Assembly: GCA_964016885.1 (NCBI GenBank)
Contig: OZ024760.1
Coordinates: 35,333,640-35,397,639, forward strand
Direction of reading: 5' to 3'
DNA from: Eledone cirrhosa
Taxonomy: Eukaryota
DNA length: 64,000 nt
Part shown: in pieces, positions 38,051 through 51,306 of the stretch
How the letters are laid out: every line of letters begins with the position of its first letter
Position numbering within the stretch: position 1 is the stretch's first letter
Position numbers and translations under genes: made by a program
Notes under the pieces: generated by a model
The model's input: the letters and a program-made list of their open reading frames with translations, nothing else
Told to the model about the DNA's origin: nothing
Database searches by the model: none

Positions 38051-40782
38051 AGAATCGCGAGCAATTTATAATGTTATCTAAGCATTTGTAATGTTATTTA
38101 TGTATATATTTAAAACATATTTGTTGTTATTCTACTGTAAATTTATTTATATGCTCTGTGTAGTAAATCTTTAAGCGATTATCGAACGAAGTTGGGTTCT
38201 CAGCAGAAGATATCTAAACAAACAAGGAAATAAATGTGTAACATAAATTGTTTTTAGTTATATGTAAAACATTAACTGAATACTTAAGAAGGGTGACATA
38301 TTTGTTCTTTGGAATTTCGACTTGGGTGTTTTATATATGCACACACGCATATATATATATATATATATACTCCCACACTCATACACATGTTGGGTATGGA
38401 TGAATACAAAGGTTGTGTAGTGAGCATTTAGCTATATAGTATGCCATCCCCTCTCCCATCATACTTTATGTAACTTCAAGTCAACTGACTGGGAGGCTGT
38501 CATGTTCTACCCTCACCCCAGAGACAGCTGACTGGGAGACTGACATGGTTTACCCACACCCTGACATATCATAGAAGACTGACATGATTATTTTTGGTAT
38601 TTTCCTCCACATCCCACACACAACTAAAACTTACAACCCCAGGTCCTCCAAATGGTTCATTCACTCAAAGCTGCCCTATAGGGTATACTATTGTTAATGC
38701 TTATCTTTCTCTCCACTTCTCCCACATATTGACCCATTAAGCATTACTCACATTTTCAAAGCTTCCACATGTTCCATATGCTGTCCACTTCCTGTCAAAT
38801 GCTACACTGCACACTGGGTAAATTCTCTCTAAAGCTGGATCCCTGCTCCTCCAGGCTCACCATGTACACTTGCACATCAAATGCAAAGTACCTGTTAGCA
38901 TTTACATTACTCTATATTGTATTTTCGTGGTAAAGGCCATATCTCACCTATGTATCTCACATAATATTGAATCTATGAGATTTTGTTATTATTTATTTTG
39001 AGAACAATAGCTTAACATCAGTATGAGTGGCCAGTTTGAACAGAAAGAGGTGAGAGAATTCTGGCCAGCTTAAATGCTAAAGGGTTAAACTGGCAAAAGG
39101 TCACTAACTCTCATAACTGCCTTTCTACTACCTTCAAATAATGGTTTTTTACCTTTGGCACAAGACCAGCAACTTGAAGGGAAGAGGGAAAAGCTGATTA
39201 AATCGACTCCAGTGCATGACTGGTACTTTATCGACCCTATGAGGATGAAAGGCAAAGCTACCTTCAAATAATGGCTCTCAGAACTAACCCTTACTAAACT
39301 CTTCAATTACCCTTTCTCACTACAGAGACATATCCCAATCTTCACAAAAACAGCATATGTGTCCTCTTCTCAAGAAAAGCAGCCCTGCTGACCCTACCAA
39401 ATATCACCCTGTCACTCTTATTTCCATTAACAACTGTTCCAAACACTTTGAATTTTTCTTTTTTATAAATGACAACTGCTATGGGCATGTGGTTGGAATG
39501 TCTCAGGAAAGTATCGCTGGACAGATTTTACAGGTAAAACTAACCAGCTGGAGACCTAGGGGTAGACCCTGAGCAAGATGGTTGGATAACATCCATGAGC
39601 TTGGCTGGTCATGCTTGGGGATCCAGTTGGATTAGTTGGAGATGGTTGCTTCAGACATAACCTGCTGGAGGGAGTGTTTGAGGACTCTGCCACCACAACC
39701 CTCTCAGGGATGAGAGGGCAAGGAAGAACCATTATGGCTTCCACAAAGTAAGATCTACTGAGGACCTACTCACACCCTCTTTATCCTCTGGGTTAACACT
39801 TTCCACATTTTGTTTAAACTATTTAAAATATCTAATATATTTTTTAATCAGTGAATACAATTCATATAATGAATAAGATTATGCAGATATATACAGTACT
39901 AAAAAAAGGGAAGAAAATGGGTGGGCATAATAAAGAAGAAGAAAAGAGGGTGAGAAGACCTGTACACTCAATCACACACCACAAATGGCGCTGGAGACAA
40001 GCCACATACTGAGAGCATCGCGTGAATATTATATACCCAGTTTGAAGAAACAATATTTAATGTGAGAGTCCAAAATGCAGAAAATAAATGTAACAACAGT
40101 CGATCATTATAGATATTACTTGAAAAAATTGTGTAAATTAGCCTTCGAGACGAGATAGAGCCACCTACGAAGAAACTATTTAATTGTTAGACGTCTTGCC
40201 TTGTCTGTATACACATACATGCGATAAATTTTATACACTATAATTACCAAGTTAAACACTAGTTATTAACAGCCACATTCCATTTCGTATCGGTCACCGT
40301 TGACTCTTCCTGTGTCCTCGGTACTTGGACTACCGCTTTTACTTATCAATTCGATATATGGGCATTGCAGACAAGGAAGGGGTTCCATGTGGTGAAATAT
40401 TTGTAATACAGCAGATATCGTCGACTGTCCCTCGTTACAACGTTTTTGTCATCTGTGTACGCGGAGCACAACTATGTTATTCTATCGAGAGTGTAGTGTT
40501 TACTTATTTTTGTTTTAACTTTGCATTTTTTTATTTTTTTATGGTGTATGTCTAAAAGAAAATTGATAAAATTCCTTTATAATAACCGAAAGAAAGAAAA
40601 AAAAATAATAAAGCGTAAATTGTTAAATTCAAGGAAGATAACTTACTTTATAGATTTTGGTAACATCGGTCAAAGTTAGTTATCTCCCTTGTCAAAATTT
40701 TTCTTATGCGCAGAAAATTACAGCATTGGGTTGGGAGATAATACACATTAAAAGCAGATTCGTAAAAAGGCTATTTATTAGT

Positions 40783-41126
40783 GAAGGCGCGTGGCTTTAT
40801 GGTTAAGGTATTCGGCTCACAATCGTAAGATCGTGAGTACAATTCCTGGTAGCACTTTATTTCACATTGCTCCAGTCCACGCAGCTGACAAAATGAGTTG
40901 TACCTATAATTCGAAGTGCCAGCCTTGTCACTTTCGGTGTCACGCTGAAACTTCCTGCGAATTACGTTAAGTGTACGCGTGTCTGTGGAATGCTCAGCCA
41001 CTTGCATGTTAATTTCACAGGCTGTTTGGTTGATCGGATCAATTGGAAAACTCCTCGTTGTAACAGACGGAACACCAGCCAGCCAGTTTATTAGTGAACT
41101 ACAAGCCCAGGGTGTATAACAAAGAT
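40783..41126 (+). mobile_element. tRNA-headed SINE; related copies ~44375-44585(-), ~36655-36800(-), ~59136-59280(+), ~59920-60235 (tandem pieces)
   Basis: GGCGCGTGGCTTTATGGTTAAGG A-box head; TTTATTTCACATTGCTCCAGT core shared among copies. Confidence 0.7.
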
Positions 41127-41528
41127 CTTATATTTATATACATACATATATATATATATATATGTGAGCTGTTATCTCTCAATTCAGAGAAGTAGCGATA
41201 CTATAGGCATGTGGTTAGAATGTCTCAGGAAAGAATCGCTGGACAGATTTTACGGGCAAAACCAACCGGCAGGAGACTGAGCAAGATGGTTGAGCTTCGC
41301 TGGTCATGCTTGGGAATCCAGCCAGATCAGTTGGAGGTGGTTGCTTCTGACAGGACCCACTGGAAGGAGTGTTTGAGGACTCTGCTCCCATGACCCCCTC
41401 AGGAACAAGTGAGCAAAGAAAAGATACACGCACACATATATATATGTGTGTGTGTGTATATCCCAGGTTCAATCAGAGTAACCAGAGTTAGTAAGATACT
41501 CAATACATAGTAGAGTATATACAATAGA

Positions 41529-41638
41529 TAGAGAAATAGCTTCTACAGGACTAGAACTATTTCATTCGAAGGAAATCATCATTCCTGATGATTTCCATCG
41601 AATAAAACAGTTCTAGTCCTGTAGAAGCCATTTCTATA
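41529..41638. repeat. 110-bp hairpin with hammerhead-like core
   Basis: ~53-bp arms around TTCC loop; CTGATGA-TTTC..GAAT-(G/A)AAAC..GTC; related unit at 43317-43390. Confidence 0.7.
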
Positions 41639-42011
41639 TATATTATATATAAATATGTATATATTATAATTATTACAATCAAATTTTTAAAAATTATCTT
41701 TATTACAAACAGAGCAAGTCTTAACAAACAACAGATATTTTTAAAAAATGGAAGTCCAATTTCGATTCCAGCGCATCTGAAGATATCAGATGGAAAAACA
41801 TATAGACAGAGACATAGGCAGTATTTTGTCAAATCCAATCAATGCAGAGCTCTGTGGTGTGTTACTTGCTATTGTAGTATACTGTTTTTAAAGCAGAGTA
41901 AATTTGAAGCATTTGGAACAGGAAGGGTTAACCATAATTAGCCGCAAAAGCTCAATGAAGAGTTATTATTCTTCATAAGTTTCGTTTACTACATATAAAT
42001 GTTATTTATTA

Positions 42012-42224
42012 TGTATCAACCTGTTACGCGTGTTTTGCAGAGGATTGGTTCAAGGTTACCCATAGGAGTTATGGACCTGACTCCACTATCAATGTGACAA
42101 AACAATATATATTTTTTTGTCACATCGTCAGTCTGAAGAGCAGATCGATAATGGAGTCGGGTCAATAACTCCTATGGGTGACCTTGAGCCAATCCTCTGT
42201 GAAACGCACGTCACAGGTCGATAC
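42012..42224. repeat. Imperfect palindrome (~80-bp arms) with nested inner hairpin
   Basis: TGTATCAACCTGT..GACTCCA mirrored by TGGAGTC..ACAGGTCGATACA; inner ATGTGACAAAA/TTTTGTCACAT. Confidence 0.8.
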
Positions 42225-42271
42225 ACAATAAATATCTTTTATATGTAAACAAAACTTCCTTGTTTCTTTCT

Positions 42272-42383
42272 ATTATATATATATGTATATATATATATAT
42301 GTATATGTATATATATGTATATATATATATATATGTATATATATATGTATGTATATATATATGTATGTATATATATATGTATG

Positions 42384-42470
<87 letters not shown>

Positions 42471-42641
42471 GTATATATATATATGTATATATATATGTAT
42501 ATATATATATGTATATATATATGTATATATATATGTATATATTTATGTGTATATATATATGTATATATATATATGTATATATATATATGTATATATATAT
42601 ATGTATATATATATGTATATACATATATGTATATATATATG

Positions 42642-42723
<82 letters not shown>

Positions 42724-42797
42724 TATATACATATACATATATATATACATATACATATATATATATATATATAAATATATATATACATATATATATA
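42272..42797. repeat. (TA)n/TG microsatellite
   Basis: Direct. Confidence 0.95.
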
Positions 42798-43117
42798 TCT
42801 TTCACCATATATTTGACTAAAGGAATTTTAGCCTGCTAATGGGGTTTAGAACCCTCAGATAAATGGAAAAGGATGAGTATTGACGTACATGGGAGTCGAA
42901 CCCACATCTTTGGTTATTGCGACCACTGTGGTACCATTACACCAACACATCACCCTTTAATGTGATGTTTTGGTGTAATGGTAGCACAGTGGTCGTGATA
43001 ACCAAAGATGTGGGTTCAACTCCCATGTACGTCAATACTCATCCTTTTCCATTTATCTGAGGGTTCTAAACCCCATTAGCAGGCTAAAATTCCTTTAGTC
43101 AAATATATGGTGAAAGA
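42798..43117. mobile_element. Near-perfect palindrome of two divergent tRNA-derived units (42881-42951 minus, 42964-43034 plus)
   Basis: 156-bp arms, 8-bp spacer; A box TGGTGTAATGG, B box GGTTCRACTCC, cloverleaf-like stems, TTTT downstream. Confidence 0.8.
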
Positions 43118-43141
43118 TATATATATATGTATATATATATT

Positions 43142-43172
<31 letters not shown>

Positions 43173-43496
43173 GTATATATATATATGTATATATATATCA
43201 TCATCATCATATATATATATATAAAAAAGGATGGTTTTACGAAGGGGATCGGAAAGAATCCACAGTTTAATAAGGTAATCAATATGTTAGTAGAGTATAA
43301 GCATATTTATTTTATGTAGAAATGACTTTTACAGAACTAGAACTGTTTCATTCATATGGAATTATCAGCTCTGTAGAAGTCATTTCTATATATATATATA
43401 TTAGTTTGACAAGGATTTGATGAAACAGTTCTGCCATCTGACTTAAATCATTTGTTTAATATAAACATACATACATACACACATACATTCTTCTAT

Positions 43497-44315
43497 TTAC
43501 TCTTGCTGGTTATAATAGTCTTCATCATCATACTCATCAGAGTCAGTGGCTCGAGCTTCTTGGTATTGTTGATATTCTGACACCAAATCATTCATGTTCG
43601 ACTCGGCCTCTGTGAACTCCATTTCATCCATTCCTTCTCCAGTGTACCAATGTAGGAAAGCTTTACGTCGGAACATTGCCGTGAATTGTTCTGAGATTCG
43701 CTTGAATATCTCCTGGATCGCAGTGCTGTTGCCAATGAAGGTAGCAGACATCTCAAGACCAGTGGGTGGGATGTCACACACAGCAGTCTTCACATTGTTA
43801 GGGATCCACTCAACGAAATAGGGGCTGTTCTTGTTTTGGATACTATACATCTGCTCATCAACCTCTTTCATAGACATCTGTCCCCTGAATACGGCAGCTA
43901 CGGTTAGATAACGCCCGTGACGAGGGTCGCAGGCAGCCATCATGTTTTTTGCATCAAAAAGTTGCTGCGTCAAGTCGGATACACTGTGCATACGATAAAG
44001 CTGGCTACCGCGTGATGTGAGTGGGGCGAAACCGGGCATGAAAAAGTGGAGACGAGGAAATGGCACCATGTTAACGGCAAGTTTGCGTAGATCGGCATTC
44101 AGTTGCCCTGGGAAGCGAAGACAAGTTGTGACACCAGACATTGTGGCTGACACGAGGTGGTTCAAGTCACCATATGTAGGATTGGGGAGTTTGAGGGTTC
44201 GGAAACATATGTCATAAAGAGCCTCATTGTCAATACAAAAGGTTTCATCTGTATTCTCAACTAACTGATGAACAGACAGCGTGGCATTGTAAGGTTCGAC
44301 AACAGTGTCAGATAC
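43497..44315 (-). CDS. TUBB: Beta-tubulin coding exon 4 ([19 protein letters not shown])
   Basis: AG at 44316-44317; 819 nt; canonical beta-tubulin sequence. Confidence 0.97.
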   Translation of the reverse strand, partial: VSDTVVEPYNATLSVHQLVENTDETFCIDNEALYDICFRTLKLPNPTYGDLNHLVSATMSGVTTCLRFPGQLNADLRKLAVNMVPFPRLHFFMPGFAPLTSRGSQLYRMHSVSDLTQQLFDAKNMMAACDPRHGRYLTVAAVFRGQMSMKEVDEQMYSIQNKNSPYFVEWIPNNVKTAVCDIPPTGLEMSATFIGNSTAIQEIFKRISEQFTAMFRRKAFLHWYTGEGMDEMEFTEAESNMNDLVSEYQQYQEARATDSDEYDDEDYYNQQE

Positions 44316-46139
44316 CTAAAACAGAAAACATTTTGTTTAATAAACTGATAGCAGAAATGCAATAAAGAATAGACATCTTTGTTATACACCCTGGGCTTGT
44401 AATTCACTAATAAACTGGCTGGCTAGCACTCCATTGGTTATGACTACGAGTATTCCAGTTGATCAGATCAATAGAACAGCATGCAAGTGGCTGAGTATTC
44501 CACAAACATGCAAACCCTTAACGTAGTTCTCAGAGAGATTCGGCATGACACAGAATGTGACAAAGCTGGCCCATCAAATTACAGGTAAAGTTTTATGAAT
44601 AGGTTAATGACATATAGGTTAATGACATATAGATGTACTAACAAGTAATAGAACAATGAAGGAGCTAAAATTTAATCCTTTAGCATTTAAACCGGTTGTA
44701 GCTGGACATAATTCTCTCACTTCTTTCTATTCAAACTGGCCATAACTGGCCATTCATACTTATGTTAAGGTATTGTTCTCAAAATAAATAATATCAAAAC
44801 CATATAGATTCAATATTATGTGAGGTAAAAGCTTTACCGTGAAAATATAGTATATATAGAGTAATGTAAATGCTAAAGAGGTAAACCGATCATATCCAGC
44901 CAGAATTCTCTTACTTCTTTCTGTTCAAACTGGCTGTAACCGGCCACACAAACTGATGTTAAGGTATTGTTCTCAAAATAAATAATATCAAAATCACATA
45001 GATTCGATATTATGTGATAATTATGTGAGATAAAGCCTTTACTGTGAAAATATAATAGTTAATATAGAGTAATGTAAATATCAAAGGGTTAATAAATTGA
45101 TAGCAGAACACAATAAAGTGTATTGTTACAATGGTTAAGCTGACTACAATTTTAAAATCAAAGCTCTCCAAACAAGTATAACAAATTCTTCCAAGTGATA
45201 GTGGAATCAGTCCTGTTGTTACAGGAGTGGGGTGAACTACTCACTAAGTGTATCAAGAAAAATTTTGATGGAACATATATGAGAAAGTTCACAGCAGTTT
45301 TAACCATTTCTGTTCAAACCAGCTGTAACCAGCTGCTCATACCGATGTTAAGGTATTGTTCTCAAAATAAATAATATCAAAATCTCATAGATTCGATATT
45401 GTATGAGATAATTATGTAAAATAAAGCCTTTACTGCGGAAATACAATACTATATACAGAGTAATATAAATGCTAAAGGATTAAAGGGAGTAGGACCTCTG
45501 AAAGTGGTAGACCCATGCCAACTGGACCAACTACCCCACACTTTCTAGTCTGGTCTGGTGATAAACTGAATCTATTATTTTATATGAAGGATGTATGAAG
45601 TCTGGAATGAAATAGAGTTAACAAGCTCTACTGAAAGTGTAATTTTGGTGAGCACAAATGAACTGTGAGAAAAACAACTGGGTATTGGTGAAATCAGATG
45701 TAGTGTCCAACAGGGGAGACTGAGCTGGTATAGACATGTAATGTGTATGGATTATAACAGTTGCGTGAAGATTGGATGAAATGATGTGAGTACAAAAGTT
45801 TCTGTTTATGTATGTGTGTAAGAGAGTGGGGGTGGGTTGGGAAACGTAAAGAGAAGAGGGGCGAGAGAGAGGAGAATGGGAAGAAGGAGAGAGACAAAGA
45901 AAGAGAGAAAACAGTACAGCTCCCATATGACTTTCGGAAACACCTATTCACGCTCAGAGTTGCTGAACATGGAACAAACTACCTGCATGGGTTGTTAGCT
46001 GCCGAGACACTGTATCCTTCAAAACTTCCATGCTACCCAAATTTCACCAACACTACACCTGACATTCCCCCTCCATACACACGCATGCATGTCTGCGTGT
46101 ATATCATGACTCATACGCTATTCACTTTCCTGACATTCT

Positions 46140-46331
46140 GCGGTGGATTGGCAGTATTGGTAGAGGGTCGGGCACCATGCTTTGACGCATAGAGTTACAG
46201 CCCTTGCCATTCTGAGTTCAAATCCCGCCGAGGTTAACTTTGCCTTTCATCCTTACGGGGTCGATAAAATAAAGTACTAGTAATGCACTGGGATAATTGC
46301 TGGCCTTGTGCCAAAAATAGAAACAATTATT
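46140..46331 (+). mobile_element. tRNA-derived SINE with Meta-domain-like core; copies ~34900-35050(-), 47601-47787(-), 48607-49082(+, x3), ~50150-50530(-, x3), ~57830-58010(+), ~60778-60910(+)
   Basis: B box GAGTTCAAATCCC then GCCTTTCATCCTTACGGGGTCGATAAAATAAAGTAC; TSD-like flanks at 47601 and 48607 copies. Confidence 0.8.
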
Positions 46332-46422
46332 AGAAGGAGAAAGAAATGGGACGATATTAAAAGTTTGAAGAACTTTGGGAGGGGAAAATAAAAGAGAAAT
46401 AGAATGTTTGGTGTCAACTTAC

Positions 46423-46778
46423 TTTTGGAGAGGGCATCACAGAGAATGTGGTCATGATTCGATCAGGGTACTCTTCCCGGATTTTACTAATTAGTAAGGT
46501 ACCCATACCAGCTCCAGTACCTCCACCCAAAGAATGGGTCATCTGGAAGCCCTGTACACATTCACAGCCTTCACATTCTTTCCGAATGACATCAAGGACG
46601 GTGTCGACAAGTTCAGCCCCTTCAGTGTAATGTCCCTTGGCCCAGTTATTACCTGCCCCTGTTTGACCAAATACGTAGTTGTCCGGTCGGAATAGGTTGC
46701 CGTACGGACCGGAACGAACAGAATCCATTGTTCCGGGCTCCAAATCCAAGAGGATTGCTCGCGGGACATATTTTCCAC
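46423..46778 (-). CDS. TUBB: Beta-tubulin coding exon 3 (GKYVPRA..GGGTGAG..PSPK)
   Basis: AG at 46779-46780; GTAAGT donor; 356 nt; ends at K174. Confidence 0.97.
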
Positions 46779-47456
46779 CTGGAATAGTAAAACAGAAAAA
46801 CGAGTGTGTGTGTGTGTGTGTGTGAGTGTGTGTGCATGTGTGTATTTCAATGTGCGTATGTATGTTTGAGTGTATGTGTATTTGTGTGAGAGTGTGTATA
46901 TCTGAGTATGAAAATTATGTTTGAACATGTATATTTGAGTGTATGTGTGTGTATGTATATATTTCCATGTGTATATGTATGCTGGAGTTTGTATGTTTTA
47001 GTGTATGTATATTTGTGTGAGAGTGTATATATCTGAGTATGAAAATTATTTGTTTGAATATGTATATTTGAGTCTGTGTGTGTATATTTCAATGTGTGTG
47101 TGTGTGAGTATGTTTGAGTGTGTGTGTGTATGTTTGTGTGTGTGTGAGTATGTTTGAGTGTGTTTGTGTGTATGAGTATGTTTGTGTATGAAAGTATGTC
47201 TCTGTGTGTGAGTATGTTTGTGTGTATGAGTATGTTTGTATGTGTATGTTTGAATGAATGTATTTCAATGTGAATATTTGATGGTGTATATTTAAGAGGG
47301 AGTGAATGTTTGAGTGTGTATGTATATAAGTGGGTGTATTTGCTTGAGTGTGTGTATGTTTGAGTGTGAGCTGCAGAGTTAGAGAAAGAGAGAGTGAGAA
47401 AGAGAGATATGAAAGATACACAGAGAGAGAAAGAGAGAAAGAATTGTCCGACTTAC

Positions 47457-47565
47457 TGGATGCTTCATTGAAGTAGACATAAGATCGTTCCAATTGTTTG
47501 GAACTTTCTCCTTGGTAAACTCCACTAGCATCAATACCATGTTCTACTGATATCACCTCCCAGAA
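47457..47565 (-). CDS. TUBB: Beta-tubulin coding exon 2 ([16 protein letters not shown])
   Basis: AG/GTAAGT boundaries; 109 nt. Confidence 0.96.
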
Positions 47566-47819
47566 CTGCAATGTCCAAATGGTAGAATTAACATAAACAT
47601 ATAATTGTTTCTACGTTAGGCACAAGGCCAGCAAATACCCAGTGCATTACTGGTACTTTATTTTATCGACCCCGTAAGGATGAAAGGCAAAGTCAACCTC
47701 GGCGGGATTTGAACTCAGATCGTAAAGGGACATAACTATGCTGGAAAGCATGGCATCCGACTCTCTACCGATACTGCCAATCCACCGTATAAACATAAAC
47801 ATATAATGAAGGACATTAT

Positions 47820-48012
47820 TACCACTATAAAGTGGTCCTCCTGGGGCGACGACAAAAGTCCCTAGTCCACACTGTAAAGTGGTCATGTAGGTGTCATGAC
47901 AAAAAGCACCCAGTCCATACTATAAAGTGGTCGTGTAGGTGTCACGACAAAAAGCACCCAGTCCACTCTGTAAAGTGGTTTTTAGATGTCACGACAAAAA
48001 GCGCCCAGTCCA
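47820..48012 (+). repeat. 48-bp tandem repeat (~4 units); related arrays ~54057-54210, ~59305-59370, ~50770-50880(-)
   Basis: CCACACTGTAAAGTGG recurs at 47867, 47915, 47963. Confidence 0.8.
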
Positions 48013-48174
48013 TAAAGGAGTGATGCAAGAGCTGTGAAATCTTGCATGCATTAATTTCAACTCTTATTAATAACTGCATTTTTTCTTTCCAGAGAGTATA
48101 ATGAAAAATAAACCTCATTTGGTCATTCCATGAGAGTATCTTTGTCAGCCTACAAACTTTTCAGTCGACCCTCA

Positions 48175-48575
48175 TAGCTCTACAATGTGTGCCTGGATAT
48201 TCAGTTCTCTAGGCTAACTCTATGGTGTGTACCTGGGTATGTAATGTCCTAGGCTAGTTCTACAATGTGTACCTGGGTATTTAGCATCTTAAACTAGCTC
48301 TACAATGTGTACTTATGAACTTAGTACCCCAGGCTAGCCCTACAATGTGTGCCTGAGTATTTAGTACTTTAGGCTGGCTCTACAATGTGTACATGGGTAT
48401 TTAGCACTCCAGACTAGACCTACAATGTGTGCCTGGGTATTTAGTTCCCTAGGCTAACTCTACAATGTGTACCTGGGTATTTAGCACCCTAGGCTAGCTC
48501 TACAATGTGTACCTGGGTATTTAACATCCTAGGCTAGCTCAACAATGTGTGCCTGAGTATTTATGTACAATGTGC
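48175..48575 (+). repeat. 40-bp minisatellite, ~10 copies
   Basis: TACAATGTGT at 48181, 48261, 48301 ... 48501 and a variant at 48541. Confidence 0.92.
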
Positions 48576-49151
48576 ACCCCTTCTACCGGTCATTATTATG
48601 TATTATGCGGTGGATTGGTAGTATCGGTAGAGAGTCGGGTGGCATGCTTTGACGCATAGAGTTACGGCCCTTGCTATTCTGAGTTCAAATCCCGCCGAGG
48701 TTAACTTTGCCTTTCATCCTTACGGGGTCGATAAAATAAAGTACCAGTAATATACTGGGTAATTGCTGGCCTTGTGCCTAACGTAGAAACAATTATTATG
48801 TATTATGCTTTCCAGCATAGTTACGTCCCTTTACGATCTGAGTTCAAATCCCGCCGAGGTTGACTTTGCCTTTCATCCTTACGGGGTCGATAAAATAAAG
48901 TTCCAGTAATGTACTGGGTAATTGCTGGCCTTGTGCCTAAAGTAGAAACAATTATTATGTATTTCATATTTAATACGCCGAGGTTGACTTTGCCTTTCAT
49001 CCTTATGGGGTTGATAAAATAAAGTACCAGTAATGTACTGGGAAATTGCTGGCCTTGTGCCAAAAGTAGAAACAATTATTATGTATTTCATTTAATTATA
49101 CAAGTTTGTATGAAACTGTGATCCTTTAAGGTTCAGTAATGTGTCTCTCTG

Positions 49152-49260
49152 AGGTGGTGGTGGTGTTGGTGGTGGTGTTGGTGGTGGTGTTGGTGGTGGT
49201 GTTGGTGGTGGTGTTGGTGGTGGTGTTGGTGGTGGTGTTGGTGGTGGTGATGTTGGTAGT
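49152..49260 (+). repeat. (GTGGTGGTGTTG)n 12-bp repeat
   Basis: Direct. Confidence 0.9.
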
Positions 49261-49422
49261 ATTGTATCTGACGTTGTTGTTATTGCTGTTGTTGCTATTC
49301 TTAGTAATGTTGTTCCTGTTATTATTTATGTGATTGTTGTAGAAGCAGTTGCTATTTCTGTGACTTTTAAAGCCTCACCACTCACAGACACAAATATATA
49401 TAGACATATATACAAGTATATG

Positions 49423-49454
<32 letters not shown>

Positions 49455-51306
49455 ATATATAAATAAAGAATGAATAATAACAGGTGTGTGAATGTATATT
49501 TACATTTGTGTATATGTATATTTGTGTGTGTATGTGTGCATATAATATATATATATATATTATATGCACACATACAAAGACAAATATACATATACACAGG
49601 TAAATATACATTCACACTCATAGGCATACACATACATACACAGACACAAATATAAGCAATGATACATATACATTTATATACATATATTATTCACTCACAC
49701 ATATACACATAAGCATAGGCATACTCATACATACACAAATATATACAAACATATACACACATACAGTCACACACACACAACAGTCCACTGTACATGATCC
49801 CTGCCCTCACCTCCACCCTGTTACCCCTGATAGTATCTGTAGACAGCTACCAAACCACCTTTGGTGACATGACACACTAATTACTGGTGTTTCCTCAACA
49901 TTCCATAACCTCCACCCCTCCCTACTCCCATCCACACCAAATCCAACACTACTACTACTGAGATCAATAGTTATGTATATTGACCAAATCCTTATGAGTG
50001 AAATTTGGTAGACAGAGAATATTTGGACGCTTCTTATTTACATACTAGACCACCGATGACCCATTGGGTCATGTTCATTTCAAAATATTTTTTAAAAAAA
50101 CGTGTTCCATTAAAAATAACTTTTAAATAATTAAAATATACACAAACATGTTTCTACTTTTGGCACAAGGCCAGCAATTATCCCAGTGTATTACTGGTAC
50201 TTTATTTTATCGACTCCGTAAGGATGAAAGGCAAAGTTAACCTTGGTGGGATTTGAACAAACATGTATATAATTGTTTCTACTTTTGGCACAAGGCCAGC
50301 AATTACCCAGTGTATTACTGGTACTTTAATTTATCGACTCCGTAAGGATGAAAGGCAAAGTTAACCTTGGCGGGATTTGAACAAACATGTATAGAATTGT
50401 TTCTATTTTAGGCACAAGGCCAGTAATTACCCAGTACATTACTGGTACTTTATTTTATCGACCCCGTAAGGATGAAAGGCAAAGTTAACCTCGGCGGGAT
50501 TTGAACTCAGATCATAAAGGGACGTAACTTTATGTATATAATGTGAAATGAATATGGAAGGCCCATATATATACGTGTGTGTATGTATATATATAAATGT
50601 GTGCACCATCATCATCATCATTTAACATCTATCTTCCACACTAGCATGAGTTAGATGGGAATTGTCCCACTTGAGGCAAAATTGGTCGGGTGACCGTGTC
50701 TCGCTCGTATAGGACTATCTGGCAGGTTTTCTACGGCTGGATGCCCTTCCTAGCACCAACCACATTTACAGTGGACTGGGAGCTTTTTACCGTGTACCTA
50801 CACGGCCACATTACAGCGTGGACTGTGTGTGTTTTTTTTTTTGTTGTGACACCTACACGAACTCATTAGTTTGGACTGGGTGTTGTGTGTGGATACATAT
50901 ATATATATATATGTATGTGTGCGTGTGTATATATATGTGGGTGACTGTGATCTATATACACTCGTCATAGACACACACACTCACATATATATATATACAC
51001 AACACCATCAGCTCTCTCTCTTCTTCCATTCTCCTTCTCCTCTCTCTTTATCTTTCAATCTACTCTCTCACAACCACTATCTCTTTCTCTCTCTCTGTTT
51101 ATGAAGGTACCCAGAAAAATACCATATCTCGGGAACCCGTGTTCCGATTTACACAAAACTTATTTTATGCCATTTGTATTTCCATTTCAGGGTCAACTTA
51201 CTTTCAAAGTATTTTCCAATTATGCACCCTTTTGGCTGTATTACATTACAGACAAGCAAGCAATCAGAGAGTTTTAGTAGTATATATATATATATATATA
51301 TAAATA

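Noticed and set aside
42964-43034. Functional tRNA gene
   Set aside because: Anticodon loop lacks U33, acceptor stem is weak, and the two copies differ in the loop; treated as tRNA-derived
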